From a virus (lineage: Duplodnaviria > Heunggongvirae > Uroviricota > Caudoviricetes): a DNA stretch of 33,090 nucleotides. The notes under the pieces are model-generated. The model was not told the origin of the DNA. It searched no databases and was given only the letters and a program-made list of their open reading frames with translations. The DNA lies in IMG/VR virus record IMGVR_UViG_3300045993_000281, positions 1-33,090 of that record, one strand, 5' to 3'. This document shows, piece after piece, positions 30,884 to 33,090 of this stretch. Made by a program: the position numbers and the translations under genes. Within the stretch, counting starts at the first letter, position 1, and every line of letters begins with the position of its first letter.

Positions 30884-31542
30884 TATATCGCCTCCACTAG
30901 TTTAATTGAACCTGGGTCTTGCAGCATACCATCTGAGTATATCATACCGGATACCGTGTCGGTGTCGTAGTATGCCTCCATCGTAACCCAACCGCCGCGC
31001 ATAATTATAGACGTCGAGGGTGTATTGGCTAACAGTCCCGGAAATATTTCGATAACACCGGCGGCTAATATCTTTTTAACCATATGAACTTTCGCGCTTG
31101 TATTAAACTTAATAAACTCACCAACAACATGCGTACCATTGGATGTAATGCTTGTGTTGCTAGCCACCGCATTAACCAGGACCATCGAAGTACTCCCTGG
31201 AATAGCCTGTATCGCAGGTGTAACCGGTTGTGGCATACGAACGTATATCTTATTGAAATGTCCATTAAGAATACTATTCATCATGAAGTCTACAGAATCG
31301 TTCGTAGGCGCAATCCTCGCTTCAATTTCCCAGCGCTGTGCGGCTTGTCCTGCAACAAATCTTTTCAGGGATAATGTATCCGATACAAATACCGGCACAT
31401 TAGATTTCAATTGTAATGGGGCGGCAAATACGCCAGCCAACTGGTTATCCCATCCGTAATTAGTAGCGTCTTTTAGAATACCGTATAACATGAATTTCTC
31501 CTTGTCGAATAATGAGAGGTAAGCACTCCGAAGAGTGCTCAC
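30883..31542 (-). CDS. Distal tail (Dit-like) protein
   Basis: Immediately after the tape measure; AQRWEI and beta-rich composition. Confidence 0.6.
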   Translation of the reverse strand: MSTLRSAYLSLFDKEKFMLYGILKDATNYGWDNQLAGVFAAPLQLKSNVPVFVSDTLSLKRFVAGQAAQRWEIEARIAPTNDSVDFMMNSILNGHFNKIYVRMPQPVTPAIQAIPGSTSMVLVNAVASNTSITSNGTHVVGEFIKFNTSAKVHMVKKILAAGVIEIFPGLLANTPSTSIIMRGGWVTMEAYYDTDTVSGMIYSDGMLQDPGSIKLVEAI

Positions 31543-31548
31543 GACTCA

Positions 31549-33090
31549 TTACTGACGAATGTTGTTTTCGTAATTGTGTCTGTTGACACCCGTGGCAATA
31601 TTTGGGATCATCTTTTGGATCTCCGACCTTGTTTGCCTTGAAACATCTCCAGTAATATTAATGTTAAACACTTGTTGTTCTTTTGCGGGTGCTCTAGATG
31701 CCATTATATCTTTCATGGCAACAAAGTCGTTTCTTCCGGTGGTAAACGCAGGTGTACCCGCAATACCACCCATCGCGTAATGCGCCAAAGAGCCATTATT
31801 TATTTGGCCCAGCAAATGTGCATAACGTTGTGTAGACTTAGCATTGACTACAAATTCCCCATTTGACAGCATCGCAGGTATAGAATCAGACAAGCTACTG
31901 CCCAATCCCTTAACAAAACCACCTGAAGCGTAACCGCCACCATCCCATACCATTGCGCCAGTGCCAGCTGAACTTCCACCAACACCGCCACCGAAAAAGG
32001 AGGTTGCTATCTTAGCAATGGAGAAGAATTGCCCCCATCCGTCCTTGCTGCCACCGCCACTAAACATACCCAGAAGCCCCTGAAACATACCGCCTAGACC
32101 ACCCAAAAGTGCGGATAGGCCACCACCAAAGATGGAGCCGAGACCTGCAAGGCCGCCACTTAGACGTTCCGTCATGGTCATGTTAGCGTTAACAAATACA
32201 TCACCAAGCTGACTGAACCCACTTTTCATGGTTTCAAGTCCTGCATTTGCTGACATTCCAACCTTCTTCTGACCTGATACTGGATCAAATGCTGTCGGAT
32301 CTTGATTATCACCAAGCTGTATTACACCACCGTTAGCTTCGCCTTTTAGAGCTTGATTTGGGGTATTTAGTGAAAGATCAGTTCCACCGCCGAACCCTAG
32401 AGCAGAGGTAAGTTGCTGAATAGCTACAGTCAACTCATTCATGGCCAGTACTTGGTAGTCCTTTTCGTTATTACCGCCAAATAATCCCGCAGCCTTGCCG
32501 AATAGACTTTCACCAAGGCTTCCGAACAGATTGCTAAACAGGCCGCCTTTCTTCGTAACGGCACTCATCATACCGTCTACAAAAGTGTCTATTATGCTGC
32601 TCGTTAGCGTATCCATTACACTTGTTAAAAAGCCCTTGAACGTGGTTTTACCTTTGGCGAAGTCCTTGATGCCAGTGGAGATGGAGTCCCTCATCTGTTG
32701 CATCATGTTCTGGCCAGCGCGATAGGCTTGCGTATCGGTACGCTTCATTGTTGCAAGCGTCAAAATCTCAGCCAGTTTCTCGTCAAGCAATACGCGTGTT
32801 TCAGCCGCAGCAATCCTTACGGACTTCTCTATTGCAGGGTTTTTCATCACTGTGTCAGCATTCTTCATCTGAGCAGCAATGTCTTCAAAGATAGCTTCCA
32901 TGCCTGGACGGATTAATTCTGCACCGTCGATTTTAGCACCTAGCCCTCTAAACATATCGAGGTACTCCGAACCATTCGTCCTGAATCCACTGATATCCCG
33001 CCCTAGATTTACCTTGCGAGCCTCAATACGTGCCTCTGTCGCAGCCTTTTCTTCCGGTGTAAGGTCCACAAGAGCTCTTCGCGGTGCACC
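31549..33090 (-). CDS. Tail tape measure protein, C-terminal part (runs off the right edge)
   Basis: Helical Ala/Gly-rich, GYASGGFVKGLGSSLSDSIPAMLSNGEFVV motif; frame stays open from 33069 to 33090. Confidence 0.88.
   Translation of the reverse strand, partial: GAPRRALVDLTPEEKAATEARIEARKVNLGRDISGFRTNGSEYLDMFRGLGAKIDGAELIRPGMEAIFEDIAAQMKNADTVMKNPAIEKSVRIAAAETRVLLDEKLAEILTLATMKRTDTQAYRAGQNMMQQMRDSISTGIKDFAKGKTTFKGFLTSVMDTLTSSIIDTFVDGMMSAVTKKGGLFSNLFGSLGESLFGKAAGLFGGNNEKDYQVLAMNELTVAIQQLTSALGFGGGTDLSLNTPNQALKGEANGGVIQLGDNQDPTAFDPVSGQKKVGMSANAGLETMKSGFSQLGDVFVNANMTMTERLSGGLAGLGSIFGGGLSALLGGLGGMFQGLLGMFSGGGSKDGWGQFFSIAKIATSFFGGGVGGSSAGTGAMVWDGGGYASGGFVKGLGSSLSDSIPAMLSNGEFVVNAKSTQRYAHLLGQINNGSLAHYAMGGIAGTPAFTTGRNDFVAMKDIMASRAPAKEQQVFNINITGDVSRQTRSEIQKMIPNIATGVNRHNYENNIRQ

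Noticed and set aside
92-32916. Numerous plus-strand ORFs of 60-165 aa in the ORF track
   Set aside because: They lie antisense to well-supported minus-strand genes, lack SD sequences and recognisable motifs; treated as shadow ORFs.

Overview
33 kb of a tailed dsDNA phage of a Gram-negative host; essentially all credible genes are on the minus strand. In transcription order (right to left): the C-terminal part of a tape measure protein and a non-contractile-type tail tip module (distal tail-like, hub-like, 1364-aa J-like tip, DUF4376 chaperone, GNAT-like protein); a 305-bp non-coding gap; a four-gene fibre/appendage module (211 aa, 907-aa repeat protein with C-terminal SPRY domain, 162 aa, 676-aa beta-helical adhesin); a lysis cassette (holin-like, DUF5675 endolysin candidate, EF-hand membrane peptide, Rz with embedded Rz1); an early-type region of small ORFs separated by repeated motifs and hairpins and led by a SleB-like hydrolase; a compact T7-type RNA polymerase; and a T7-like replication module (gp2.5-like SSB, DUF3310, family A DNA polymerase, tRNA-Ile2(CAU), MazG-like fusion, 5'-3' exonuclease, GIY-YIG nuclease). 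No primase/helicase, capsid, terminase or integrase is visible in the window. Most notable: a modular, possibly branched fibre system; paired substitutions at the polymerase steric-gate Glu and its partner Tyr (to Gln and Phe); an 18-bp candidate phage-RNAP promoter; and several repeated regulatory elements in the early region. All family assignments come from recognising motifs by eye, with no database searches.
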